Shown here piece after piece: positions 7,817-17,482 of a DNA stretch of 64,000 nt. Under the pieces are notes generated by a model that saw nothing but the letters and a program-made list of their open reading frames with translations, was not told the DNA's origin and did no database searches. How positions within the stretch are numbered: the first letter of the stretch is position 1; each line of letters starts with the position of its first letter. Source of the DNA: Niabella sp. GTDB lineage: Bacteria; Bacteroidota; Bacteroidia; Chitinophagales; Chitinophagaceae. Location: NCBI GenBank assembly GCA_027493055.1, contig JAPUDO010000126.1, positions 11,901-75,900 of the forward strand, given 5' to 3'. The position numbers and the translations under genes were made by a program.

Positions 7817-8860
7817 ATGAAAAGAGGAATTATATTAATGAACCTGGGCTCGCCGGACTCTACCAGCCGCAGCGACGTAAAAGAGTACTTAGATGAGTTC
7901 TTAATGGATGAGCGGGTGATCGACAAGCCTTACCTGCTACGGTTATTGCTGGTAAGAGGCATCATCACTCCTTTCAGGGCGGCTAAATCGGCAGAGGCTT
8001 ATAAAACTATCTGGTGGGACGAAGGCTCGCCGCTGATAGTGCTTACCGAGCGCCTGAAAGAAACATTACAGCCCAGGGTGGAGGCCCCGGTGGAAATAGC
8101 CATGCGGTACCGTAAACCGCATCCCAAAACTGCCTACGACAACCTGCTGGCCAAAATGCCGGGATTAGAGGAAGTGATTTTAGTACCGCTGTATCCCCAT
8201 TATGCCATGAGCAGTTGGGAAACGGCTGTTGAGTACATGAAGGAAATTCATGCTAAACATAAATACAGCTTTAAGCTGAAAACCGTACCGCCGTTTTATA
8301 AGCACCCGGCATACATTAATGCCCTGGCAGAAAGTATGAAACCTTATTTGCAGGATGATTATGACCAGCTGCTATTTAGTTACCACGGCATTCCTGAACG
8401 GCATGTATTAAAATCAGACCCTACCAAAAGTCACTGTATGCAGGTGGAGAATTGCTGCTACAAATCAAGCGCTTCACACTCTACCTGCTACCGCCACCAG
8501 GTAACCATGACCAGTGAACTGGTAGCCAAAAAGCTGGGGCTGAAAAAAAATCAATGGGCACAAAGCTATCAAAGCCGCCTGGGGCGCGACCCGTGGCTTT
8601 TACCGAGCACACAGGAGCGACTGCCCAACCTGCCTAAAGAGGGGGTTAAAAAAATAAAAGTGGTTTGTCCTTCTTTTATCAGCGACTGCCTGGAAACGCT
8701 GGAAGAGATTGAAGAGCGCGGTAAGGAAGACTTTATCGCCAATGGCGGAGAAAAGTACGAATACATTCCCTGTGTTAATACAAATGAAGTATGGGTAGAT
8801 GCCCTGGTGCAATTGATAGAAGAGGCAGTTGATACACATTATGAGAAAAACGTAACTTAG
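7817..8860 (+). CDS. hemH: Ferrochelatase
   Basis: LMNLGSPDS, VPLYPHYAMSS, LLFSYHGIPERH, YQSRLGRDPWL and FISDCLETLEEI. Confidence 0.97.
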   Translation: MKRGIILMNLGSPDSTSRSDVKEYLDEFLMDERVIDKPYLLRLLLVRGIITPFRAAKSAEAYKTIWWDEGSPLIVLTERLKETLQPRVEAPVEIAMRYRKPHPKTAYDNLLAKMPGLEEVILVPLYPHYAMSSWETAVEYMKEIHAKHKYSFKLKTVPPFYKHPAYINALAESMKPYLQDDYDQLLFSYHGIPERHVLKSDPTKSHCMQVENCCYKSSASHSTCYRHQVTMTSELVAKKLGLKKNQWAQSYQSRLGRDPWLLPSTQERLPNLPKEGVKKIKVVCPSFISDCLETLEEIEERGKEDFIANGGEKYEYIPCVNTNEVWVDALVQLIEEAVDTHYEKNVT

Positions 8861-8913
8861 TATCAGAAAACGAAGGTTCGTCTCAAAAAGGACTTTAAAA
8901 TTAAATATTTTTT

Positions 8914-8936
8914 AAGCCGCAGTTGCGGCTTTTTTT
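8914..8936 (+). terminator. Intrinsic terminator after hemH
   Basis: AAGCCGC-AGTT-GCGGCTT followed by a T tract. Confidence 0.7.
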
Positions 8937-8941
8937 ACATT

Positions 8942-9424
8942 ATGAACATGAGCAGGCAGCACCATTACAGCGTTAAAATTGCATGGAAAAGCGAAACCGG
9001 AACAGTTGATTATAAAAGCTATCATCGAGACCATACAATAAGCGTTACAAATAAACCCATTATTGAAGCATCGTCAGATCCTTCGTTCAGGGGTAACCCC
9101 ACTAAATATAACCCCGAGGAATTGTTTGTTGCTTCTATTGCCAATTGCCACATGCTTTGGTATTTACATTTATGCGCCATTAACAACATCGTTGTCATTA
9201 AATATGAGGACAGCGTCAGGGGTATAATGGCTGAACAAGCAGACGGCAGCGGCAGGTTTACCGAAGTAGTGCTGTATCCGATTGTAACGGTTTTGTCAAA
9301 AGAGATGATAAACAAAGCAGAAAGTCTTCATAAGGAAGCAAATAAGTTTTGTTTTATCGCCAATTCCCTCAACTTTGCGGTTACTCATCAACCAAAGACG
9401 ATCGTCAAAGAAAACAATGTCTAA
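8942..9424 (+). CDS. OsmC/Ohr-family protein
   Basis: NPEELFVASIANCHMLWYL and ANKFCFIANS two-Cys signature. Confidence 0.88.
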   Translation: MNMSRQHHYSVKIAWKSETGTVDYKSYHRDHTISVTNKPIIEASSDPSFRGNPTKYNPEELFVASIANCHMLWYLHLCAINNIVVIKYEDSVRGIMAEQADGSGRFTEVVLYPIVTVLSKEMINKAESLHKEANKFCFIANSLNFAVTHQPKTIVKENNV

Positions 9425-9977
9425 CGCATATCTATACTTTAAGGCCATTCACATCATCTTTGTAGTTACCTGGTTCGCGGGTTTATTTTATATGCCGCGC
9501 CTGCTCATTTATAATGTAGAGGCTAATGATAAACCGAAAGCGATAAAAGAAGCACTGCAAAGCCAGTTTGGCATTATGATGAAAAGATTATGGTATGGCA
9601 TTACCTGGCCTTCGGCCATTCTTACCCTGATATTCGGGCTGATCGTTTTGTTTAAAAGTGCCTGGATGTCCCTGTTATTTGAAAAAGCCGGGTTTTGGCT
9701 ATTGCTTAAGCTGATATTAGTTGTATTTCTCTATGCATACCAGTTTGCAACACATATTATTCTCAAACAGCAGCTTAAAGGTGTTTTTAAACTCAGCTCC
9801 CAGCAACTGCGTATGTGGAATGAAATAGCTACTATCTTTCTTATATGTATTGTAATGCTGGTAGTAGTAAAACAGGGAATCAGTTTGCTATGGGGGATAG
9901 TGGGTACCGTGCTGCTGGTAGTAATACTAATACTTGCTATAAGGATCTATAAACGTATCAGGAATAAAAATCAATAA
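9417..9977 (+). CDS. hemJ: Protoporphyrinogen IX oxidase HemJ (CopD-like membrane protein)
   Basis: KAIHIIFVVTWFAGLFYMPRL and RMWNEIAT; start moved to ATG 9417, overlapping the osmC stop. Confidence 0.92.
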   Translation: MSNAYLYFKAIHIIFVVTWFAGLFYMPRLLIYNVEANDKPKAIKEALQSQFGIMMKRLWYGITWPSAILTLIFGLIVLFKSAWMSLLFEKAGFWLLLKLILVVFLYAYQFATHIILKQQLKGVFKLSSQQLRMWNEIATIFLICIVMLVVVKQGISLLWGIVGTVLLVVILILAIRIYKRIRNKNQ

Positions 9978-9979
9978 TC

Positions 9980-11200
9980 ATGTCTGTAAAACGCAGGGAA
10001 TTTATCGGTAATATTTCCAAAGCCGGGATATTAGGCGCTTTAGGTGTTGGGAATGGTACAGCACTTATAAAAGATGTGAACGAACTTACGGCCCGGCCCG
10101 GAGAGGGGCATATATTTTTATCGCAGCCTTACCTGCAGGCTCCTGCAAGCAACAGCATAAATATTTTATGGATCACCAACAAGCTTTGCTATAGCTGGGT
10201 GGAATACGGTGAGGGTGATAAACTGGATCAGAAAGCACATGAAGTAACTAACGGTTTGGTAAACGCCTACAACCGTATCAACAATGTGCACCTGCCTAAC
10301 TTAAAGCCTGGTACCCGGTATAGCTACCGTGTTGTATCAAAAGAAATTACCGGTTTTCAACCTTATAAAATTACTTATGGGGAAACCATTACCAGCGATA
10401 CAAAAACTTTCACAACACTGAACCCCAATGCAACGGAAGTAAGCTGGCTGGTGCTGAACGATGTACACGACCGTCCCCATTCTTTTGAGCACCTGGTAAA
10501 ATTGAATGGCAATGATCCTTATGATTATATTTTTCTGAACGGAGATATGTTCGACTACCAAACCGATGAACAACAGCTCATTGATCACTTATTAAACCCC
10601 TGTACAGATGTTTTTGCCGCAAAAACGCCATTCCTTTTTGTACGCGGCAACCACGAAACCAGAGGTAAATTTGCACGCGATATTGCTGATTACTTTGCAT
10701 CACCATCAGGCAAATATTATTACAGCTACCAGTGGGGGCCTGTTTACAATATTGTATTAGATACCGGCGAAGATAAACCCGATGACCACGAGGTATATGC
10801 AGGTATTGTTGACTTTGATTCCTACAGAAGGCAACAGGCCGCATGGCTTGAAAAAGAAATGCAAAGCAAAGCTTTTAAAGCAGCACCTTTCAGGGTAGTA
10901 ATGATGCATATTCCGCATTTCTATTCGGGCGACTGGCATGGCACCTTGCATTGCCGTGAACTGTTCGCCCCGCTATTTGATAAATATAAAGTAGATCTGT
11001 TCATTGCAGGGCATACCCATAAATACGGCGTTTTTGCTCCTGAAAAAGGGAAGCACAATTATCCTATCATTATTGGCGGAGGCCCAAAGGAAGGGAACAG
11101 AACACTTATAAAAGTAAAAGCCAGCCAGCAGGAAATCAACCTCAGGATGATCAGAGATGACGGCACCGAAGTGGGCAGCTACCAGGTGAAAAGAAGGTAA
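9980..11200 (+). CDS. Purple-acid-phosphatase-like metallophosphoesterase with Fn3-type N-domain and Tat-like signal
   Basis: KRREFI twin-arginine-like leader; LNDVH, NGDMFD, RGNHE and AGHTH metal motifs. Confidence 0.88.
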   Translation: MSVKRREFIGNISKAGILGALGVGNGTALIKDVNELTARPGEGHIFLSQPYLQAPASNSINILWITNKLCYSWVEYGEGDKLDQKAHEVTNGLVNAYNRINNVHLPNLKPGTRYSYRVVSKEITGFQPYKITYGETITSDTKTFTTLNPNATEVSWLVLNDVHDRPHSFEHLVKLNGNDPYDYIFLNGDMFDYQTDEQQLIDHLLNPCTDVFAAKTPFLFVRGNHETRGKFARDIADYFASPSGKYYYSYQWGPVYNIVLDTGEDKPDDHEVYAGIVDFDSYRRQQAAWLEKEMQSKAFKAAPFRVVMMHIPHFYSGDWHGTLHCRELFAPLFDKYKVDLFIAGHTHKYGVFAPEKGKHNYPIIIGGGPKEGNRTLIKVKASQQEINLRMIRDDGTEVGSYQVKRR

Positions 11201-11236
11201 AGCACCTTAATTCTTTTCAATTCTTAAACAGCACAT

Positions 11237-13831
11237 ATGAGAAACTGGTTCATTTGCACATTTCTGTTTCTATTACAGCCCTTTGCAGGCAAAGCAACGC
11301 AATGGGAAGACCCTTATTTTGAAGAGGCAGTAAAACAATCCAGCCTGATTTGTGTAGGTAAAGTTAATCACTCTAACCCGCGTACAACAACAATAACTTT
11401 ATTAAATATTTTTAAGGGTGCTGAGAAAACAGGAGATTCGGTGGTTATTCACAGGTCAAAAATAATTGGTGTAGGACACAGTAATGACCATTTAGAGCAG
11501 GGCGATACACTTTTTTTTATGCTGAAAAGCCGGCCTAAGAGCAATGGCTATACTTCCCATACAGATTCCTACTGGCATTTTTATGTAGACAAGAAAAGAT
11601 ATATCGTCCCTATCAGAGATCCCTCTTCATATATTGAGATTGAAAGATCAGACTTCGAAACATTTTTGCGCCTGGTGGTAAACAAAAGCATTCCGAAAGA
11701 TGCTGCCGGATTTGTGAACAAAACACTAACTAAAGTTTTATCGGCCCAGGTGCTTACCAAAAAAGAATCAGCAATAGAGTTACAGGTTTTTGGATTTGAA
11801 GTGCTTTACTACTTTGGGACACCGGATTACACACCTAAAATATCCCGCTTCCTGGCCTCTCCTTATTACCAGGTCCGATGGTCATGCCTAAGAGCAATCG
11901 GGACCTGCAAAGGAAAAGGCGCGGATAATGAACTGCTGAAAGCCTTAAAAGAAGAAGACATTCCTATTATCCAGCATCTTTTAGGGAAAGAGATTTTTAA
12001 TCGAAATATAACAGCTGCAAAACCACTATTAGAAAAATTAATTCCTGAAACATCCAATGAACCGATATTTCTGTCAGCTGATTTTATGAGTGCCAGTGTC
12101 AATACGGAGCCTTACTCAGCCCGCTCGTCTTATATAGCAGCTTTAATGAAGCTAAACGGAGAATCAGGAAGTTTTGAGAATCTTATTAAACATTCCGAAG
12201 CTTATATAAAATCATACAAAAACATACAGCTGCCAATACTTGAAGGTAAAAAGTATTATTACGAACTCGATAAGGCACTGGCAGAACCTGATTCAGTTTA
12301 TGTGCTATCGCTAAAAAGAGAAACTAAAAAAGACTTCGAGCTTTCACCATCAGTATTTCCCAATCTTAAAGATCTGTCTGTAGATGGATTTGATTCCCCA
12401 GGCATCTTCACACATCTGTCAGAATTCGGGTTGATTGAGTTATCATTAAGCAACTTAAAAACAAAAGAAATCCCAAAAGAAGTTTTTGAATGCGAAACGA
12501 TTGAGAAGCTGTCAATATCATTAAGTAAGATAAAAGCATTACCACCTGAAATCGGCAAATTAAAAAACCTGAAAATTTTAGACTTGAGGATAAATGACCT
12601 GGACTCACTTCCCAAAGAAATTGGTATGCTTCAACATCTCCGGGAAATTGATCTTTACGGTAATAAATTTTCAAAGTTTCCAGAAATACTCTTAAAATGT
12701 AATTCACTAAAAAGAATTAATCTTTCCTCGAATAGAATAAAAGAGTTGCCGTCTAACGTACAAAGCTCAGCCAATCTCCGTTTTATTGATTTATCCTATA
12801 ACAAACTAACCTCTAAAGAAATAACTAAAATAGAAAAACTCAATGCGCATATTGTAATAAATACGGAAAGAGGGCCCTACCGGGATGATCTCATTGATGC
12901 ACTTAATGATCCGCTATCTGGCGGTAAAGAACTGGTTGACGATAGAAAAGATTTTTCGAAAATCAATACAAGTGGTAAGCGGCTCCGGAAATATGAATCT
13001 GTAAAGCTAACCAGGTATAATTTAACCCAAATCCCATTCCATATATTGGATACCACTTCTTTGCAAAAACTCAATTTGTCTAACAATCAAATTAAAACAA
13101 TACCCGATAGTATAGAAAAGCTGGCGCTTTTAACTGAACTAAACCTGAGCCATAACGCCATAACTGCAATACCGGGAAACCTGAAAAATGTATCCCTGGA
13201 AATTTTAGATCTAAGTAATAATCCTATCAAAGACTTTACCCCACTGGACAGCCTGACAATGCTGAGACGATTGCATCTTGAAAATAATAATATCTTTGAA
13301 TTTCCGGATGTCTTAACCCGGTTGCCCCAGCTTTCGGAATTATATTTAAGTAGAAATTTTATTGCTGCTGTACCTATGTCTTTGGCTAATATGAAACTCC
13401 TTTATTGCCTTGATCTTAGTAATAATGCGCTATCGGAATTCCCTAAAGCCATTTCTGAATTAAAAATTTTCATCCTCAACTTATCACATAATGCAATAAC
13501 AGAAGTACCGGAAGATGCCAGAAAGATTAAAAACTTTAATTTATTAAACCTGTCCTATAATAAATTAATCAAATTTCCCGAAGCGCTGTCCGATATAAAC
13601 ATTAATACACTTTGGTTAAATAACAATCAGATGGAAAGCATTTCAGCAGGTATTGGTAAAATGAAACATTTACAATACCTGGATTTGAGGAACAACAAAC
13701 TCACTTCCCTGCCTAATGAAATCGGCGCTATTGGTTTAAAAAAGATTGAACTTAATGGGAACAATTTTAGTGAAGAGGAAAAAAAGAAAATTGAAAACCT
13801 GTTACCGGCAAGCTGCGAAATTATCTGGTAA
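11237..13831 (+). CDS. Exported leucine-rich-repeat protein (N-terminal unknown and HEAT-like domains, two LRR blocks)
   Basis: Sec-type leader MRNWFICTFLFLLQPFAGKA; about 19-20 LxxLxLxxNxLxxxP units; C-cap NNFSEEEKKKIENLLPASCEIIW. Confidence 0.85.
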   Translation: MRNWFICTFLFLLQPFAGKATQWEDPYFEEAVKQSSLICVGKVNHSNPRTTTITLLNIFKGAEKTGDSVVIHRSKIIGVGHSNDHLEQGDTLFFMLKSRPKSNGYTSHTDSYWHFYVDKKRYIVPIRDPSSYIEIERSDFETFLRLVVNKSIPKDAAGFVNKTLTKVLSAQVLTKKESAIELQVFGFEVLYYFGTPDYTPKISRFLASPYYQVRWSCLRAIGTCKGKGADNELLKALKEEDIPIIQHLLGKEIFNRNITAAKPLLEKLIPETSNEPIFLSADFMSASVNTEPYSARSSYIAALMKLNGESGSFENLIKHSEAYIKSYKNIQLPILEGKKYYYELDKALAEPDSVYVLSLKRETKKDFELSPSVFPNLKDLSVDGFDSPGIFTHLSEFGLIELSLSNLKTKEIPKEVFECETIEKLSISLSKIKALPPEIGKLKNLKILDLRINDLDSLPKEIGMLQHLREIDLYGNKFSKFPEILLKCNSLKRINLSSNRIKELPSNVQSSANLRFIDLSYNKLTSKEITKIEKLNAHIVINTERGPYRDDLIDALNDPLSGGKELVDDRKDFSKINTSGKRLRKYESVKLTRYNLTQIPFHILDTTSLQKLNLSNNQIKTIPDSIEKLALLTELNLSHNAITAIPGNLKNVSLEILDLSNNPIKDFTPLDSLTMLRRLHLENNNIFEFPDVLTRLPQLSELYLSRNFIAAVPMSLANMKLLYCLDLSNNALSEFPKAISELKIFILNLSHNAITEVPEDARKIKNFNLLNLSYNKLIKFPEALSDININTLWLNNNQMESISAGIGKMKHLQYLDLRNNKLTSLPNEIGAIGLKKIELNGNNFSEEEKKKIENLLPASCEIIW

Positions 13832-13887
13832 ATATTCATTGAAAGCAGGAAGAAGAAATCATATCCATCCCAGCGGGCTGTTTCCAT

Positions 13888-13916
13888 AAAAAAAGTCTGC
13901 AAAAAATTGCAGACTT
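13888..13916 (-). terminator. Intrinsic terminator after atpH
   Basis: AAGTCTGCAA/TTGCAGACTT stem with an A tract that reads as a U tract on the minus strand. Confidence 0.7.
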
Positions 13917-13937
13917 CATAAATATTATTACAGAAAC

Positions 13938-14501
13938 TTATCTTACGTTAAAGATAAAATCATTGTTCTTAAACTGTTTAGCTACCTCACGCAGATCATA
14001 GGCAATGCTGGCGTCTACCATTTTATCGCCCATTTCCAGTACAAAGCCCCCAATAATATCAGGGTTTACTTTTTCCTCAAGCTCTACCTTTTCTACGCCG
14101 GCCGCTTTTTTAACCTGTGCTATAATGCTGTTTTTAATAGCATCACTTACCGGTACTGCCGTAGTCAATGTTACCGTATTGATATCATTGTGCTTTTTGT
14201 AAAGCAGCACAAACTCAGTCAGCATTTCAGGCAAATGAGCCTCGCGGCCTTTTATAATCAGCAGCCTGATAAATCCCTGCATAATCTCACCAATATTAGA
14301 TTTAGCCACGGCCTCCACAATCTTTTGCTTCTTATCCGCTTTAATAATAGGACTTCTAAGCAGACTTACAAAATCACTGTTGCTTTTGCAAACAGCCTGT
14401 AACCACTGCACATCGGCAAATACCTGCTCCAGTTGCCCTTTTTCTATAGCTATATCTAATAAGGCTTTTGCGTACCTGTGTGCTAAACGAGGATTAAGCA
14501 T
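13938..14501 (-). CDS. atpH: ATP synthase F1 delta subunit
   Basis: RLAHRYAKALL and IIGGFVLEMGDKMVDASI. Confidence 0.96.
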   Translation of the reverse strand: MLNPRLAHRYAKALLDIAIEKGQLEQVFADVQWLQAVCKSNSDFVSLLRSPIIKADKKQKIVEAVAKSNIGEIMQGFIRLLIIKGREAHLPEMLTEFVLLYKKHNDINTVTLTTAVPVSDAIKNSIIAQVKKAAGVEKVELEEKVNPDIIGGFVLEMGDKMVDASIAYDLREVAKQFKNNDFIFNVR

Positions 14502-14561
14502 TTTCTATTTGAAATTTAATATGTTGAATGTAATATAACCTGCCACCTTCCAGGGCTCCGC

Positions 14562-15056
14562 TTAATTCAGCTTAACGCTATCTACCAGGCTATTAATGTG
14601 AGCTTCCTGTTTAGCCGGGCTGCTTAACTCTTCTCTCAGCACTCTCTCACTTACTTCTACAACCAGTTTACCCACTTCGTTTTTAACTTCGGTTAATGCC
14701 GCCATTTTTTGGGCATTGATAGCCAGCTGGGCATCTGCAATAATTTTAGACGCTTCAGTTTTAGCCTGCTCTTTAGCTTCGTTAATGATCTTGTCTTTGG
14801 TTTCGCGGGCCTCTTTTAAAAGAAGCGCTCTTTCTTCGCGGGCTTTAGCTAACAAAGCTTCGTTCTCACTCTGTAACTGAGCCATTTCGGCCTTTACTTT
14901 TTCAGCAGTTGCAATGGCGCCTGCAATATTTTGCTCCCGCTCGTTCAGCATTTTCAAAATGGGCTTCCATGCAAACTTTTTAAGTATAAAAAATACTGCT
15001 AAAAAGGCTACAAGCGCCCAAACAAAATAACCGAGGTCTGGTGTAACTAATCCCAT
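14562..15056 (-). CDS. atpF: ATP synthase Fo b subunit
   Basis: MGLVTPDLG..W...ILKKFAWKPIL..ERE; start moved to ATG 15056. Confidence 0.96.
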   Translation of the reverse strand: MGLVTPDLGYFVWALVAFLAVFFILKKFAWKPILKMLNEREQNIAGAIATAEKVKAEMAQLQSENEALLAKAREERALLLKEARETKDKIINEAKEQAKTEASKIIADAQLAINAQKMAALTEVKNEVGKLVVEVSERVLREELSSPAKQEAHINSLVDSVKLN

Positions 15057-15135
15057 TGTTTTATAAAATTGATAAGTTATAATTTGAAAAGTTGACAAGT
15101 ACAACCCTTGTTAACCCAATAAAAAGAGCTAAAGA

Positions 15136-15172
15136 TTATCGCACCCGCCGCCCTTTGCTTTAGGTGCGATAA
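15136..15172 (-). promoter_or_regulatory. Hairpin between atpE and atpF (possible mRNA stability element or partial terminator)
   Basis: TTATCGCACC/GGTGCGATAA 10-bp stem. Confidence 0.55.
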
Positions 15173-15189
15173 AGTTTTTGGTGAAGCTA

Positions 15190-15459
<270 letters not shown>

Positions 15460-15478
15460 TTAAAAATAAAAAACAATT

Positions 15479-16624
15479 TTAATGATGCGCCTGCACATCG
15501 TCTTCAAAATGATGATCGCCAATAGCACCGCCAATAAATACTGCTGTAAGCACTGTAAAAATGTAAGCCTGGATAAAGGCAACCAAAATTTCTATCACAT
15601 AAATAAATACTGCGAATGCTATCGAAACAGGAGAGAAGGCATAACCCGCTACCTGGCTCATTTCACCAAAAATGAAAATAAGGCTTATGAAACTCAGGAT
15701 AATGATATGCCCTGCTGTCATATTTGCAAACAAACGCACAATAAGCGCAAAAGGTTTGGTAAATACTCCCAGTAACTCAACCGGGATCATCAAAATTTTT
15801 ACGGGAAGCGGTACACCGGGGAACCAGAATATATGTCCCCAATAATGTTTATTGGTGCTGAACAGGATCACAAAGAAGGATATAATGCCCATTACGGCAG
15901 TAAAAGCAATGTTACCAGTAACATTAGCTGCACCAGGCAACAGTCCAAAAATATTATTGATCAGGATAAAAAAGAATACAGTAAGCAGGTAAGGCAAATA
16001 CTTTTTATATTTAGGCCCAAGATTAGGTTTTGCAATATCATCACGCACATAAGTAATCACCGGCTCTATAGCATTTTGAAAGCCTTTGGGAGCTGTAGTA
16101 ACACCCTGTCCTTTCTGGTATTTTTTAGCAATAGAAGTTAGTATCAACACTAAAACGATCAAAGCCAGCAGCATTTGCGATACGTTTTTTGTGATGGAGA
16201 AATCATACACTTTTACAGATTCGTCTACATTTCCGTTTGCATCTACAGCCACTACTTTGTCATGATCCAGTTTATACCCGTTATACATTTCATGGCCATG
16301 ATGGAATTTAGAAGACATGAAAGCAGAAAAACCCCTTTGAGGCGAATATACCAGCACCGGTAAAGGCAAAGTAGCGTGAAATTCGCTGCCATCACTTTTT
16401 TTGTGGCTAAAAAAATGGAACTCATGCGAATCTGCAATATGATGTAAAATGGCATCTCCGGGCTTAAAAGCTTCTTTTTCGGCAGTGTCATGGCCTGCTG
16501 TGCTATGTTCTGTTGCTGCTCCGTGAGGCGCTTCTTCCTGCTGAGCAAAAGCCGTTAGTGTTGCAAACGTTAAAAAAAGGCTGAAAGCCGCTATTGTAAA
16601 GGATTTGAAGCCAGTATATCCCAT
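15479..16624 (-). CDS. atpB: ATP synthase Fo a subunit (long Bacteroidota-type N-terminus)
   Basis: VRLFANMTAGH and LVAFIQAYIFTVLTAVFI; His-rich N- and C-terminal segments. Confidence 0.96.
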   Translation of the reverse strand: MGYTGFKSFTIAAFSLFLTFATLTAFAQQEEAPHGAATEHSTAGHDTAEKEAFKPGDAILHHIADSHEFHFFSHKKSDGSEFHATLPLPVLVYSPQRGFSAFMSSKFHHGHEMYNGYKLDHDKVVAVDANGNVDESVKVYDFSITKNVSQMLLALIVLVLILTSIAKKYQKGQGVTTAPKGFQNAIEPVITYVRDDIAKPNLGPKYKKYLPYLLTVFFFILINNIFGLLPGAANVTGNIAFTAVMGIISFFVILFSTNKHYWGHIFWFPGVPLPVKILMIPVELLGVFTKPFALIVRLFANMTAGHIIILSFISLIFIFGEMSQVAGYAFSPVSIAFAVFIYVIEILVAFIQAYIFTVLTAVFIGGAIGDHHFEDDVQAHH

Positions 16625-16736
16625 AACTTAGTGAAATTTGGCGCAAAGATAAGGGGAGTATAGGAAAGTTGGAAAAGTTTATAGGTTGAAAAGTTAGAAA
16701 GAATAACGGTACTGCCTGCATTTTGTCAACTGCCTG

Positions 16737-17213
16737 CTATAAGCCTTCGTTTTGCCGGATTTCTTTAATTCGTTCCAGGTAAATCACATCTATTTGATCT
16801 TTAGGCCCATTAACAGCTTTTTTATTGACTATCAGGTGGTTAATATGCAAAAAAGGCACTAAAAAGCCAGCAATACCGGCCAGTTTAAGGCATTGCTCAA
16901 AAGAGTAACCTTCCAGCCCTTTCATATTTACCATTAAATCGAGCTTGTAGCCATTATTCAAATAGAGACATTTCCATCCCGGAACGATCTGCATGGTGTT
17001 GATCATGTAATAATTTTCGCCGGAATAGTCTTCATAAGCTTTGCGAAAGTTCTCTCTGTTGGCTTTCGTTTCTTTTAGCCAAACATCCACGTCTTCAGTA
17101 GATCGTTGATAGCCGTTCAAATTGGTAGCAACGCCTCCCACCATGATATATTTGACCTTTCGCTTATTAAGGCAGGCCCAGAAGCCTAGCAACTCTGCGT
17201 CGAATATATCCAT
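16737..17213 (-). CDS. Nucleotidyltransferase-like protein (DUF6036-type)
   Basis: YIMVGGVATNLNGYQRSTEDVDVW and C-terminal LIVNKKAV..PKDQID. Confidence 0.75.
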   Translation of the reverse strand: MDIFDAELLGFWACLNKRKVKYIMVGGVATNLNGYQRSTEDVDVWLKETKANRENFRKAYEDYSGENYYMINTMQIVPGWKCLYLNNGYKLDLMVNMKGLEGYSFEQCLKLAGIAGFLVPFLHINHLIVNKKAVNGPKDQIDVIYLERIKEIRQNEGL

Positions 17214-17232
17214 AACAGTACACTACTATTTA

Positions 17233-17441
17233 TTATTTATAAGGCTTATAGGTGATTTTAGCATTTTTGAACATTATGCTTCGTTTCATAAGTGTTGTTA
17301 TTACCAAAAACGTTCTTTATGGCTGCGCTTTAAAGCGGCCCGCAACAGGTCATCCTCAGCCTTCCGAAAATAAAATTCTTCCGGCGCATTCATTACTGGG
17401 AGAAGTTCTTCTGTAATCTGGTATTTTTTTGCTACCGCCAT
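17233..17441 (-). pseudogene. Frameshifted small partner gene of the nucleotidyltransferase
   Basis: Not in the ORF track. ATG 17441 gives MAVAKKY...LKRSHKERFW*. One extra T in the T5 run (+ strand A5, 17306-17310) restores ...ERFLVITTLMKRSIMFKNAKITYKPYK*. Confidence 0.65.
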
Positions 17442-17482
17442 TTCTACCGCAATTTACTAATTTTTTTGGCTAGCCGGAGGCT

